Source: the human T2T-CHM13v2.0 reference genome, Homo sapiens. From it: a stretch of DNA of 64,000 nt. The stretch lies in the NCBI RefSeq assembly GCF_009914755.1, contig NC_060931.1. One strand, 5' to 3'. Under the pieces are notes generated by a model. It made no database searches, was not told the DNA's origin, and worked only from the letters and a program-made list of their open reading frames with translations. A program made the translations under genes and the position numbers. Shown one piece after another: positions 13,004 to 32,439 of the stretch (positions within the stretch are counted from its first letter, which is position 1; every line of letters starts with the position of its first letter).

Positions 13004-14314
13004 CACTTTATACCAAGGGCTGGGAGTGCAGCATCTCCGGAGAACAATTTGACAACACAGCAAGAGTCTCAAAGATGTCTTTATGGCCACTCTGGGTAGC
13101 CTATGGGTTAGCCCTGCCCCACAAGAAGCAGTTAGAAAAAAACAAAAACAAAAAAACACCTCTTTACTCCTCAGCCACCACAATTGCACTTCTAGGAGTT
13201 TATCCTAAAAAATAATTCATAAATGCGTGCAAACTTTAATCTACAAGGATATTTACCCAGCACTGCTGGTAATGGTGAAAAAAGTACAAACAACCTCAAT
13301 ATACAACAATATGTGATGGACTGAATACAGAACATTGATATGCAGGATACTATCCAACCACTAAAAAGTGTTATAAACAAATCCATGGTAGTAAGTAAAA
13401 AGTCATTTACACAATGATGTGTAGAAAATTATTTGTTTCTTAAAAATGGACAATAATATTTTGCATACACACAAAGTCTGAAGAAGGCACACCAAAGTGT
13501 TGGCAGTGGATATCATCTCTAGGTGGTTAAATTGTTAGAAATTTAAGATTTTTTTCTGCTTGTCCATATTTTCTAATCCTTTCAATAATATACATACTGC
13601 ACTGTTCTTACAGTAAGAAAAAAATAAAAATTCATATGAAACAAAATAGCAAAGTCCTCAACTTAGATAGTGGCAGGAGGACTATATAAGAGATTTGGGG
13701 AGAGGAAGACAAATTGAAAAAAGAAACAAAGGATCTGAAAGAATCACACTAACGGACAACCTCCAGTTCTTCTCCTCCTCTCTGTCCTCGCTTATTCTCA
13801 CTCAGCAGAGGCTTAGACCCCATGTGATCCCTTTCATCTCCTGCCTGGCTCCTATCTCCAGGCCAACTCTGTGGCTACGAAAGTTTAAGCAACAGCACAT
13901 AGGAATTGTTCTGTTCATACTTCAGGAAGTTTGGTTGTAGACAATGTACCATCAAAATCCAATTACCACTTTTACTGAAGGTTCCTAACCACAAGAGTAC
14001 TTCACAAAAATAACTTCTCCTTATACCTCTTCTGTGTGTTACAGCAGAAGCCAAGCAATTGTCCAGGGTCAATGGCAGAGATGAAAGTAAAATCTAACTC
14101 CAAAAACACAGTTCTAACCATCAGACCACACAAGTATATGTGGGTGTTAAGAAAAATCTGGAACTGGACTCTCCTGTGATCACCAGTTTATCCAAATTTA
14201 TCCAAAGCTTTGGTCTCCATGATTTTTAACATCTTTTAATAGCTTTTGGCTTTTATAGCTCTTCTCTTTCCCGCCCATATTCCTTGCAAATACACATTAT
14301 TCAGGCAACCAAGC

Positions 14315-15186
<872 letters not shown>

Positions 15187-15189
15187 AAG

Positions 15190-16010
15190 CAAATGTGTAC
15201 CCTGTTCCTATTATATGATAAGCCATGCCCCAGGCACTAAGGATACCTCAAAATTGACAACATCTATGTCCTCAAGGAACCACATTTGCAGATGGGTGGA
15301 GGATGAGCACATGCATACATAAAAATTCCAGAATTAGACAACCACTGCATAGGGTAAAATAGAGCAACGCCTTGGAATCATGCTTCTCAGCCCCAGATAC
15401 TCTATTTCATTGGTCTGTAGAGGGGCCTAAACACTCATTTGGTTTTTTTTTAAACTTCTCAAGTGATTGTACTACATAGCCAGGCTTGAAAATCAACTTC
15501 AGGAGAGTAATGGGGTTGGGAGATAAGGCTACTTTGCCTAAAGCGGTCAGGAAAAGCCTCTGGTGAGGAGGTATTGAGATCTGAATGGTGAAAAGCAGCG
15601 GCCAGGAAAAGAGTTGGAGGACAGGGATGTGAGGAGAAACATCAGTGCCAGCGCCCAAAGCAGGCCACCCTTGTTAAGTTCCAAAGGGCAGGGAGACCTC
15701 GAGCAGCTGGAGAGTAGAGAAGGCAGGGGAAGGGAAAGGGGATGAGGATGAGGAAGGTGCCGGGCATAAAAGGATGCCTGGATTTTATGCCTAGGGAAAT
15801 CAGCTGCTGTTGAAGGGTTTTATGCAGGGGAGTGATGTGACTCGCCTCAGAGTTAGAAAGGTTACGAAGAACACTCAAGACACTGTGGAGCACGGGCCGC
15901 CGGGTGAAGCAGTGAGCCCAGTTAGAAGCGGCTACAGTAGGCTAAACCTGGGTCGTAGCAAGAGAACCAAGGAGCAGTCAAATCTGGGATACATTTTCTA
16001 AACAGCTGTT
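15190..16010 (-). mobile_element. L2 fragments
   Basis: 'ggtcaggaaaagcctctggtgaggagg...ttgaagggttttatgcaggggagtgatgtgact'. Confidence 0.6.
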
Positions 16011-19000
16011 AAGGCTTAATTACGTGGGGTCTGGGGGGGTCCTGTCCTGGAAGTCACAGCAAGCAGTTTTTAAAGCCCAGGAGCTGCTCAGCCCCTCCCC
16101 ATCAAGAGGAGGCCCAGTGGCCAGGGGCTATGGCAGTCACAGGCACAGACTCTGAGGCTTGGAAGTCACTGAGGATATGGAAACTACCAGTTAGGCAGAT
16201 GAAGAGGATGCTCCTAAGTAAAGATTTTTATTTAATATGTTAGTTGATGGTCAGCAAGCACACAAACGAAGACTCACGACTCCAATTATGCAAATTCATG
16301 ACTATTGTTTCTAATCTGATCTGAAAAGAGACAATGAGTGATTACCCAATCTTCTAAAAACCATCAGGAATAAGGTGGACAGAAGCTGAGTCCTATAGGG
16401 TCTTACCTTTGCCTAACTGGCTGAATGACCTTGTTGGACAAGTTGGAACAGATATCCTTTCTTGTTCCATAAAAGGTGCTTTTCTCGGATGCCTTTCATT
16501 CTAAAATCCTGTTTTCTTCCATTTTAGGTTACAGGCAGCCATTCTGTGCCCACCCTGGCTCCAGAAAGGACCTTGGCATTCCCTGGAGTGCATGTGTTCT
16601 GAGGCCAGCAGGGCTCTTCAGCTCTACTATGTACTCTGGTTCAAATCTCGCTGCAGTGTTTGCCAAGGGCCTATTTAAATTCATTGGCTCCAGTGAAATC
16701 TGGCAGATTGAATATTGTTCAAACAAGCAGGCTACTGCCTGGCTTTAAAAACCTATTAAAGATTTTTATTGGCAATTTTACTGTATCGTTATCACAAATT
16801 TGGCCTATAAATATCACCTCTGCATATATCACTGCCTCCATATTGGCAAAAGTATATATATATATATATAGGCTCTCGTAATTGTGAGCTTAACTCAGTA
16901 AGTGATCTGTCCATACTGCCAGCTCTACTTGGCAGCCCATCGCCTTGCAGCTGACTCCAAACAGCAGTCAAGTTGCCCAAGGCTGACTGTGCCAACCAGG
17001 GGGATTTACTGGGGTATTCTTATACCTCCAACATTCTCTTTCTTATAAGATGGATCAAGCACATTTGACAGGTATGATTCATCCCTTTTCTAGTTCTCAC
17101 TTGCTAGTACGTAGTTAATTCAAGTAACACTAGAAAATGTCTTTACTCTTCCTATACCCCATTTATTCTTTCCCTCCCTGTAAAATAACCATTACTCAAT
17201 GAGATGAGGAGAATCTGCCCCAGTGTCCTTGCCACCTCCCTCAACCTCTCTTTTAACCTTCAAGTCACAAAAATGCTCCGATCACGGCCAATCCCTACAA
17301 AGATGATTCTACATCAAGGAAAAGAACCACTACAAGCCTACAAGCTTTTAAAACTAGAGACAAATCATATTCACCATCTCCACAATTCTTTAGATAAATA
17401 TCCTTTATTTCTTAAATACTAGTAGACATCATTTAAAAACCCCGAAAAGCTATCTTATTATACTACATTGTTCCTATTTTGTATAATTACCAACACTGAG
17501 AGCAGAATTTAATAATGTGCATGACAAATAGTCTGCATTTTAATTACATCATGGATATTCTGAGATCTACCAAAGACTTCTTTTTAAAGGAAAAGTCTAC
17601 TAAGTTTAAACAAACAAAAAACACCATAAATACCTCATTTTAAATTACGTATTGCCTTCAAAGCAGGAGGAAATCAAAAGAGGTAAAGAAAGACCATTGA
17701 GGAAAAAAGGGAAAAGTAATTGTAAACCATGATGGAAAACTGATTAAGGCAAATAAAGCAGATTTAAAAACCTAGGTTTCCTAAATCTTTCTTTGTTCTA
17801 CTAATTAAGGCTGGATAAAAAGGTCTCAATGTTATTAAAATGGCAAATGAAGAAGGATAGTGGGGAAACCACAAATAAGAAATCAGTAACTGAAAAGCCA
17901 GCAGGCATATGAATTTGTCAGCGTATACTGGCCTACACTATATAAAGCAGCATGTTGGTTTATTCTCATTACCACTGGATAACCAGGTACTTTGAATGCA
18001 CCCAAGGACAGAAAGACTGGCCTGCATGCAAGGGCACACACTGCCAAATCCTTCACTTCTCTAACCATAGTCTCCAGTTTGATCATTCCCTTGATTTAGG
18101 GCTGAAAAGCACAAAAGTACCTACAGGGTACCGAAGGCACAGCCCAAGGAACAGAATGTTCCCATACATACTTTTAGTTAATGCCCATATTACCTATGTT
18201 TGTTCTCAGCTCAAATAACATTTTAAAATACCAAAAATTGATTGAGCTAAACGATTTTTTAATTGGAACACAATGCCTTTCTCAATAGGTTTTTCTGAAT
18301 CTCTGAAGCAAGGTAATGATGATTAAAACAATATTCTAAAACGAACAAAAGGCACATAAGCATAGGCACACAAAAAGTGACAAGAACATGCTATTTTCTT
18401 GCATCTGCCGTTGATCAATTCCTAGTTTGTCACTGTTAAAAAAATAAAAATACATCAGCAGTAAACTAAAATTTTTAAAAAATACATGAAATCAAAATTA
18501 TACTGATTCCTCTTTGAGAAACATTATCAATTACTCGGGAACATTTTGGCATTTTCTTTCATTCAACTGTAATTCCTACATTTTGGATACACACAAAACC
18601 TCTCTTGATGTGACTGTAATAAAAGTCCCTGGCAAAGCAAAAATTAAATGACTGAAATAGCCCTTATCATTTTAAGAAATAAAATTATTCATGGTGTGGG
18701 CAAGAAGAAATAAAAATACCCAGGCTTGAGCCAGAATATCACAAAAAAAAGCCAACATTAATATCTGCTGTGCCAGCTGAATTCAAATTAACCCAATTTT
18801 TACATGTTAATTAAACCAGCTATTTTCTTCTTATTGTATTTTTGCTTCTTAAATAGTAGAGTCTACAAGTGATTCCCAACAGACTTGTTCCAACAACAAT
18901 GACGTATTCATTTACTTCTATTATGACCATACAATACAGTAACTGAGCAGTAATTTTTCACAGTCAATTACATGTGTGGTTCTTTATGCTTAAAGATGCT

Positions 19001-19597
19001 GAAATAATGTGTACTATAGAGCCATATGCCCGAATCTCTAGTCTGCCAGAGGCAGTTGCCTGGGTAACACATTTTCTCTCCGGTTTAGCATAACCCTTCA
19101 CTGAATATCATTAGGTGTCATTAAATAGCAAACATTAACATGAACTTCAATATACTACTTAGATAGAGTCATTTTACCCATGTAAACAAGTGTTCCATCA
19201 TTTATCTAAGCTTAAAATAGATTATGATTTTCTGTATTTAAGACCATAAAAAAGAAAAAAAAAGTGCCCATGTGTTGATTTCAGATTGAATTTGCAGAAA
19301 TTTCTGATGACGTAAGAGAACTCAGACCAAGTTTCAGAATAACATTTCATAATATTATGGTCATAATATTCAATGTAAGCAAAGAAAGATTAGGCTTTAA
19401 AATGTACTCGATCCTATAAAATAATTCCATCAATTGTATCTCAGATGAAAGATTATTGTACCCTCTTTAATAAGGACTAGGGAGAATGCACTCAAATTCG
19501 GCAACAAAATGAACTTAAAGAATAAGGTGCTTAAAAATCAAGGTATATAGGAATAAATACAAAGTATGGGATCCATTGTGCATTATCTAAAATTTTT

Positions 19598-19740
19598 TTA
19601 CAGCTTTATTGACATATAATTGACAAAAATTGTATACATTTAAAGTGTACAATGTGTTATTTTTATATACATATACATTGAAAAATGATTATCACAATCA
19701 AGCTAATTAACACATGCACCACATAGTTGTCTCATATAGT
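19598..19740 (-). mobile_element. L1MA 3'-end fragment
   Basis: 'cagctttattgacatataattgacaaaaattgtatacatttaaagtgtacaatg...atcaagctaattaaca'. Confidence 0.7.
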
Positions 19741-20919
19741 TAAAATATTTTAAATGTTCAAAATTTAATGAAGTACTATATGGTTTAGATGTGGCAATAT
19801 ATAGTTTATACAGGGTGTTCTAGAGCAATGTCTGCATTGAGAGTAGCAGCTGGGAAAAAAAAAAAAAAAAGAAAGAGTAGCCGCTGTCTCAAATACTCTC
19901 CATCAGCCTACACCACCCCAAACAAGCATCCACATCTAAGAAAAACAATGTGCTTTTTCTACAGTCTCAACAGTCCTAATCCTATTACCACTCCCAAACC
20001 AAGGAATTATGATGTTTCTGAGATACATCATAATTTCAGATGAACCTAAATTCAGCCTATAAGCAATCACAGCTTTTCCTCTATCATCCACATTACAAAG
20101 GGGCTCCAAATTGTCAATGTTAATTTTAAAGGACACATATAAAAAGAAAATGAATCATCAAATGGCACTACTACCCGAATTTATTTTCTTACCACTCCTA
20201 GTATAGGAGAAGGGTAGATTCTAAAATCCTGGCAGCAAGGGCAGGGGGACTCATAGAAGTTCAGGGGCAGCATCAAAGCTGTCCACAGTCAACTTAGAAT
20301 AACAAAAGAGAGAGGGTGGCCAAGAATAAATGAGTTCTTCTTGGTTATGGGGAATGAGATTCCAGATACTACTACGATGATGAAGTGGAATTTTTTTTCT
20401 TTTTCTTGCACCTGTTTCCTAATGCAAAATAAGAAAGAAACAGCCACACAAAATGGTGCAACTTGGACTTAGGTACCATGCTCCTACCTCCACTGCTCCA
20501 AAAATATTCATCTGTTTGCAAAAGTAAATAGAACCTCAATCACGAGTTCAGTCTGGGGGCTGGGAAGTAGTTAGCAGGAAAAAAATTATTTGGTTTTAAT
20601 TGTATATTCCATTTTGGTTTCAGCACTCTGTTTTGAATGAATGTTTCTATGAGGCAAATTATAAGAAACAAATTGACAGCAAGGATAAATAAATCTTTAA
20701 GCAAAATATTTTCAAGATATACTGCTATCAGGAGAAATTAAATTGCATCTCTGACACCTCCATGACAATTCACATTCTGAATGATTAAGACATTCTACAA
20801 TTTCAAATAAAATTTTAAGAAATTAAAACTAAATTGTATAAACGGTAGTGACTGGGAAAAGTAGCCTAATACCTTATGAAATGTTACAAATAAGAATTAA
20901 AATAAAAAGTGATTTCTAA

Positions 20920-21060
20920 AGCTGGGCACAATTGCACGTGCCTCTGTTCTCAGCTGCTCGGAAGGCTAACGTGGGAGGGTCGCTTGAGCCCAGGAGTTTG
21001 AGACCAGCCTGGGCAACGGAGTGAGCTCTCATGTCCATTTTTTGTAAAAAAGACAAAAAG
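20920..21060 (+). mobile_element. FLAM Alu monomer
   Basis: Left-arm monomer; TSD aaaaagtgatttct / aaaaagtaatttct. Confidence 0.8.
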
Positions 21061-21797
21061 TAATTTCTGCTTACAATATGCTGATTAAGTAGCATTTCTA
21101 GATTTTACTCCAAATCCACAGTAAACAGAATACTACTATTCCCACCTCTATTCCCAATACAGATTAAAATTTTACTACATGAACATAATTTGCTTGCTTA
21201 AAAACTGGCGCAAGATCTGGTAAAGAAAAAGACATACACATCTTTCATATTTAGTCATGTTTTGTTATACAAATAGCCACACCAAAATACAATGAATTCA
21301 CCTATTAACACAGGCCACCTGTGAATATAGATTTTCTGAAAATAACCAAAGGAGTTTATTATGACTGTTTGAGCCCATTCTATTTAGGTTCATATTTTAT
21401 TTTGCTCATGGAAGAACCTATATAAATGCTGAAAAGCAGTTAAGAAAAATTTTCTGTCCCAATTGATCTGGCATGTTTCCCCATTCTATGCCATCCTATC
21501 TCTGCACTTCTTACCAAGTTCTATGTCTAAAGGTCTCCTAACAATTTCAAGCTTTTTTAAAACGCAGGCCATTACAACACAGAACAGTAATTGTAAAAGA
21601 TCATCAAAATTAGAAACTGTTGGGAGTACTTTATATTTTTGCAAGAGGAAATTAAGCTACACAACTTTTGAGACTCTCTTGCATTTTCTTGGTATAAGTA
21701 TTGCAGAAAAGCAACATCAATATTTTAATGCTTTTTCCTTCAGAAATTGGTTACTGTTTTATTTCTTAACTTAGCAAAAAAAAAAAAAAAAACTCTA

Positions 21798-22097
21798 GGC
21801 CAGGCATGGTGGCTCACGCCTGTAATCCCAGCACCTTGGGAGGCTAAGGCGGGCGGATCATCTGAGATCAGGAGTTCGAGACTAACCTAGCCAACATGGT
21901 GAACCCCATCTCTACCAAAAATATAAAAATTAGCCAGGTGTGGTGACACACGCCTGTGATCCCAGCTAATCAGGAGGCTGAGTGAGGCAGGAGAATTGTT
22001 TGAACCCAGGAGGCGGAGGTTGCAGTGAGCTGAGATCACACCACTGCACTCCAGCCTGGGTGATAAAGTGAGACTCTGTCTCAAAAAAAGAAAAAAA
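21798..22097 (+). mobile_element. Alu (AluS)
   Basis: Dimeric Alu; TSD aaaaaactcta. Confidence 0.93.
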
Positions 22098-22794
22098 ACT
22101 CTAGAAGAAAGTACTGAATCAGAAAATCATAAGGCAAGAGAAGGTGGGTTTCAATATGAATTACATGTTCAGCTAAATCCTTAGGGGCTTTCAGGGTTTT
22201 GCCCAAGTAGATGCAATATCCTCAGTGAATCTAAAAAGTTATATTCTAAATAACTTGAAGAATAATGTGAACAGCCAAAATTCACTAAAAGAGCAGCGAC
22301 ATGGCTGTCTTTACTTAACTCTACGGCAGAAGGCAGTTAACTTACCAGACCATAAGACATAAATGAGCGAGGACATGCCGAATGGTTGGAATCCACCAAC
22401 ACTTTGGGACATGAGTCCAGTCCCTTGTAAGGATGCTGAAGAATGGGGCAGGATTCTCAAAAATATGAGAATCTAATCCTATATATAGGTGGTTTTTTCA
22501 ACACAAAGAATTCCTCAGAAAAAGTTTACAAAAACTAGAACAACCCCAAAATACTGTGGAAGCAGTCTACTTGGGGAGGAGAAAAGTGAAGACAGGAGAA
22601 GAAAAAAGATTTGCTAAAAGTTTTAGACCTGTTACAAAAAAAAAAAAAGAGGCTCCATAAAATATTACAGTGGTCCTGGGAGAAAAATGACAGCAGAGAT
22701 TTTAACATGTAAAAATTCAAAGAAGGAACCATAGAGAGAAATCTAAGAATCCCACCTCTTCTGGATAATACCTCACATGTGCATGGAACATTAT

Positions 22795-23400
22795 GTGTTC
22801 AATCCATTCAAATTAGACAAATACTTATGGAGTGCTACTATGTGCCAGCCACGTTCTAGGATCTGCTGACTCAGCAGTGAACTAAACAGACAAAAATCCC
22901 TGCTTTCGTGGAGCTTACAGTCAAGTGTGTGGGAAAGAGGAGGAGACAAAAAAAAAATTAATGAAACCCACATGTATTATACAAGATAACCACCATGAGA
23001 AAGCCCTAAAGGAAGTGAGTGAGATTCTTAGGGGAAGTGCCTTACAGAAGGAAGAGGAAGTACAAGGCCTCTAGGTGGGACCAAGCACGGCAAGCACGGT
23101 GTGTTCAAGGTGCGGCAAGAAGACCAATGTCACCAGAACAAAGTAATTAAGGGAAAGAGCAGCAGATGAAGTGAGGGGCTGGGGAGGTAACGTAAGGAGA
23201 GAGTACCACAAGGCCTTGTTGGCCACGAGAAGGGCTTTGGCTTTTACTCTGAGTGAAAATGGAGAGCCATAAAGGATTGTGAGCCAGAGAGTGACATAAT
23301 CCAACTCAGATTTTAACAGAATCACTCTGGCTGCACAAGAAGATTTGGTGAGAAGTTATTACAATAATCCAGGTGAGAGATGGTCATGCCTGCGTCTGGT
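22795..23400 (-). mobile_element. L2a fragment (further L2 at ~24170-24700)
   Basis: 'acaaatacttatggagtgctactatgtgccag...cctgctttcgtggagcttacagtc', 'tttggcttttactctgagtgaaaatggagagcca'. Confidence 0.75.
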
Positions 23401-24649
23401 TATGGAGTAACATCCTCCATAATGCTGAGCAGAATTTTTAAAAAGTAAATCAAGTAAAATGCAGGGTCACATCATTGGGTGTTGAATCACTCAGTGGGAA
23501 TGATTCTACAGAACTGGCCAACTGGAAGCCACACACCAATCACCAGTTGCATTGCATCTGAATTTGCATTGATATGGAGTGAACTGATTGAGTCGTACTA
23601 TTTTCTTTTCTATTTTTTTGCTTTACTTAATAAACTGTTCTTGAAACTGTACTTGGAAAGAAAATAAAAGTGAAGCAGACCTGCAGGGGTGTGTACATTT
23701 ACTATCTTACTGCCCATTTGAAGCATCTTCACTAGCAGTTGGTGTAGCACCATCTTTGCTATTTTGGGTATAGACTGAATGTGGGCTGTGTGTTGGAAAC
23801 CAACCTGATGAGTCTTTACTAAGCACTTCTTATTGGACACCCTGGTCAGAGAGCCTCAAGTCATCAATCCTTCACAGATGAATACAGCAGTTATGAACTA
23901 CAGTTGGAAACGTCTTTATATTTTTTTTCTATATGACTTTATGAAACAAGACCAAAAACAGAGCTTGTCTTAGAGTTTGCCTTTGAATCTTTTTTTATTT
24001 GGGGACTTGAGTCCAGACTTATTTACTGGGTCTCTTTCTTGGTCAACTTTCCAGCATCTTCCTTTTTTTGTATTATCCTTGCTGGTATCATGAAGCCTGA
24101 ACAGCAGTTGCTGCTACTGTCACCTTTCCAAGAAATTGGGCAGAGGGAGTACTGACGATACATATACTGATAGTGAGGCCAACTAGACTGGATGTAAGAT
24201 TTGAAGGGAGGTGTGAAAGAAAAGAAGGAAGCAAGGATGTCCCTAGAGTTTGGGGCCTGAGCAACTGCAAGACAGAATCTACTGAGCAAGCAATAGGAAA
24301 GAATGCTTGGAGAGAGAAGGCTCAGGAGCCTAGGTCAGGACATGTGACATTTGAGGGGCCTATTAGGTACGCAAATGGACTCTCACAGAAGCAGCAGGGA
24401 GGAGAGGGCTGAAGACATAAAAGTAGAAGTTATGAAGTATTTAGCACCATGAGATGGGACAAGATCACCCAAAAAGTAGTTAGGAAAAACTAGAGATGTG
24501 AGAACCAGTGAGGTCTGAGGGATGCAAGGGAACATGGTATAATGAACGTGAAGTGAGTATTGCAAAAAGGGGTAAGAGGCAAGTGTGTTAACCTGAGAAC
24601 TAATATTATCATTGGATTCTGCTTTGAAGATCGTAACAAGGGCAGATTA

Positions 24650-25102
<453 letters not shown>

Positions 25103-25978
25103 TTATGAGGAGTTTTTCTTCACATGGAAGGTCTGTTTGCCACCAGGAAAGATGCCAGGAATTGGGGAAGAAAAGTAGGAGGTGAGGAAAGGAATAAGAG
25201 AGGGAAGGAATGAGAGGAGAGAGGAATGTTGAAACAGTATCTGCAGGTAAATTGAGAAGGGAAAGCTAACTAAACTTCCCTGGAGTTTATTTCACTGGGT
25301 GACAACACAAGCATTCACCGAGCAAGTAACAACCCCATTTAATCAGATGAGAAAACAGGCTCACATGGGATAGGTCACTTGTCTAAGATCCCACAGATTT
25401 TAAAAGACATAGTAAAATGTGTTTTTTTGACTGCTATCAGTGATCCTTTCACTCTATAATGCTTTTCCCATGCAAAAGACCCATTGTTATCAGGACAGCA
25501 GTTAGCAGGAGCAATAAGAGTGACTCTATAACATCGAAGCCCTTTCCTGTATGAGTGGACAGGGAAGCAGACAGCATAGGAAGTGTTTGGTGCAGGGAAT
25601 GCAGAACATAGGAGCAAGTGAGACGGTATTCTGAGAGTAAAGTTCATCTCATCATTAGGGTTTGTCCATTGCTCTTTGACAACAGCCCTAAAATGGTTTG
25701 GGAAAAGATCCTGATGAGCCAAATAATGTAAACCTTAAAAGCACTGGTCTGTAAACTTTAACAGATATTGGAATAAACTGGAAAAATAATTATAAATGTA
25801 TATGCTTACACTATGCAGCCATAAAAAGGAATGAGGAAGATTTCTTTACATATTTATAGAATTATCTTCAAAACACACGACTAAGAGATAAAAGCAACTG
25901 TGTGTGTGTGCTGTATGTGTGTGTGCGCATGTCTGTCTGTCTGTCTGTCTTCCCTGGAGACAAACATTATACAAATGC

Positions 25979-26525
25979 TGTGATGGTTAATTTTATGTGT
26001 TACCTCGATAGCAACATGTGGTAGTCAGATTAAACATTATTTCTGAGTGTGTCTGTATGGGTGTTTCTGGATGAGATTTGCATGTAAATAGGCAGTCTGG
26101 GTAAAGCAGATTGCCCTCCCAATGTGGTAGGCAACATCCAATCCACTGAGGTCCTGAATAAACCAAAAAGGTGGAGAAAGGGATAACTTGCTTTCTCCAC
26201 CTGAGTGTTAGAGCTGGAACATGGATCTACTCCTGCTCTCAGACTGGGAAGTACACCATTGGCTCCCTGGTTCTCAGGTCTTTAGACTCAAACTGAATTA
26301 CACCATTGGCTTTCCCAGATCTCCAGCTTGCAGACAGCTGATACTGGGAATTCTCAGCCTCCACAGTCATGTGAGACAAGTCCTTATAATAAATGTCTTC
26401 ATTTATTATTTACATGTACATTTACATGTGTATTTGTCTCTCTTTATATAAATATACATATATACCCACATATGTGTGTGTATATATACCCTATTGGATC
26501 TGTTTCATGAGCAAACCCTAGTACA
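25979..26525 (+). mobile_element. MLT2 (ERVL) solo LTR, preceded by (TG)n/(TCTG)n at 25898-25950
   Basis: Starts TGTGATGGTTAATTTTATGTG; 'gtaaagcagattgccctcccaatgtgg'; ends 'cctattggatctgtttc...ccctagtaca'; TSD aatgc/catgc. Confidence 0.85.
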
Positions 26526-27299
26526 CATGCACATATACTACATATATACACACACATACACACTCCCTCAAAGGAGCGTATATATAGTATATAGAGTTGA
26601 TAGAGCTGCCTTTTGGATACGAATGGGGAAGGAAAGATGAACACAAATACACATATAAATTTACTTATATTTGGGGAAAAAATACCCTGTGGGAGGAGAA
26701 ACCAAAAAACTAATACAAAAAAGAATGACCTATAAAAAGGAAGGAAGAGTCAGGGTGAAAAGGACGGGCATGTTAAGACAGACTTCCCTGAGCATACCTT
26801 CCTTCTGTTGTATAGTTTTGATTTGGGAAACATATGTTTTACATACTCAAAAATTAAATTAAGTTGAAAATAAAAAAGACAATCCCTAAAAATTGAAAAT
26901 AAACTGAAAAAATGAACCTCCCTATATATATATTAAGTTGGTGGCAAAACCACACAGAATTAAATGAATTCTTTCCAATAACTTTAGAATACAGTATTTT
27001 AACTATATATACTTTGTGGAACACAGTCTAAGTACAACAGAACTAAAAAGAAATCTTAAACTTCATTCAGTATCTAATTGTTGGCAGCAATAAAGGTGTT
27101 ACTATTTTGGATATATCCTACACATGGCAAATATGTAATACTGTGAATGTTGCTGGTAACCAGGATTTTCAATGAAAGAGCGGAGATAGAAAAATCAAAA
27201 CAATAAAATTACTTTGGATTTAACTGTGTCAATTTATCTTTACATTTGAAATATCAGCATGAATGGAAAATTTTTTCTCTAATGAATTGAAAAGGCATC

Positions 27300-27605
27300 A
27301 GCTAGGTGCGGTAGCTCACACTTGTAGTTCCAGCACTTTGGGAGGCCAATGTGGCGGGATCATTTGAGCCCAGAAGTTTAAGACCAGCCTGGGAAACACA
27401 GGGAAACCCCATCTTTACAAAAAATTTAAAAATTTAGCCAGCCATGGTGGTGTGTGCTTGTGGTCCCAGCAACTCCGGAGGCTGAGGCAGGAGGACCACT
27501 TGAGCCCAGGCGGTTGAGGCTGCATTGAGCCATGATTGTACCACTACACTTCAGCCTGGACAACAGGGCAAAACCCTAACTCAAAATAATAATAATAAAT
27601 AAAGA
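27300..27605 (+). mobile_element. Alu (AluJ-like) within old L1MC/MD sequence (~26640-27715, resuming ~32115-32430)
   Basis: Diverged dimeric Alu; flanks carry L1MC-type motifs (cccagattgtggtctataaatac, gattccaggttcagggcaggaaat). Confidence 0.8.
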
Positions 27606-27717
27606 GAAGAGAAAAACAAAAGGTCTCAAAGTAGTGACAACTCAAAAGAAGGAAACATACCTAATCCCCAGATTGTGGTCTATAAATACAACTGCCTACT
27701 AAAAAGAAGGGCTCCAG

Positions 27718-32112
<4,395 letters not shown>

Positions 32113-32439
32113 GGGGGAGATTCAAGCAGAGCAACTGATTCCAGGTTCAGGGCAGGAAATATATAAAATAACAACCTATTTTGCCAGAAACAAGGAAGCT
32201 ACCAAAAATCAATGGATCATATCAAAAAGGACAAAAGAGATAATATAAAAGGGTTCCTACTGGCCAAAGATGAGATATTGCAATTAAAACACAAACATAT
32301 AAAAACCTGTAAGTTCATAATAATCAATACAAAAAAGACCCCAATTCCCCCACCCTACAAAACACAACTCACTGAAGTTACAACAGCACCAACTCCTTAT
32401 GCTGAGAATTGGCTCAGACCAAATAAGTAATTACATTGA

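Noticed and set aside
12766-13215. Lys/Glu/Arg-rich and Phe/Leu/Ser-rich ORFs
   Set aside because: Translations of the (GAAA)n/(GGGGA)n microsatellite.
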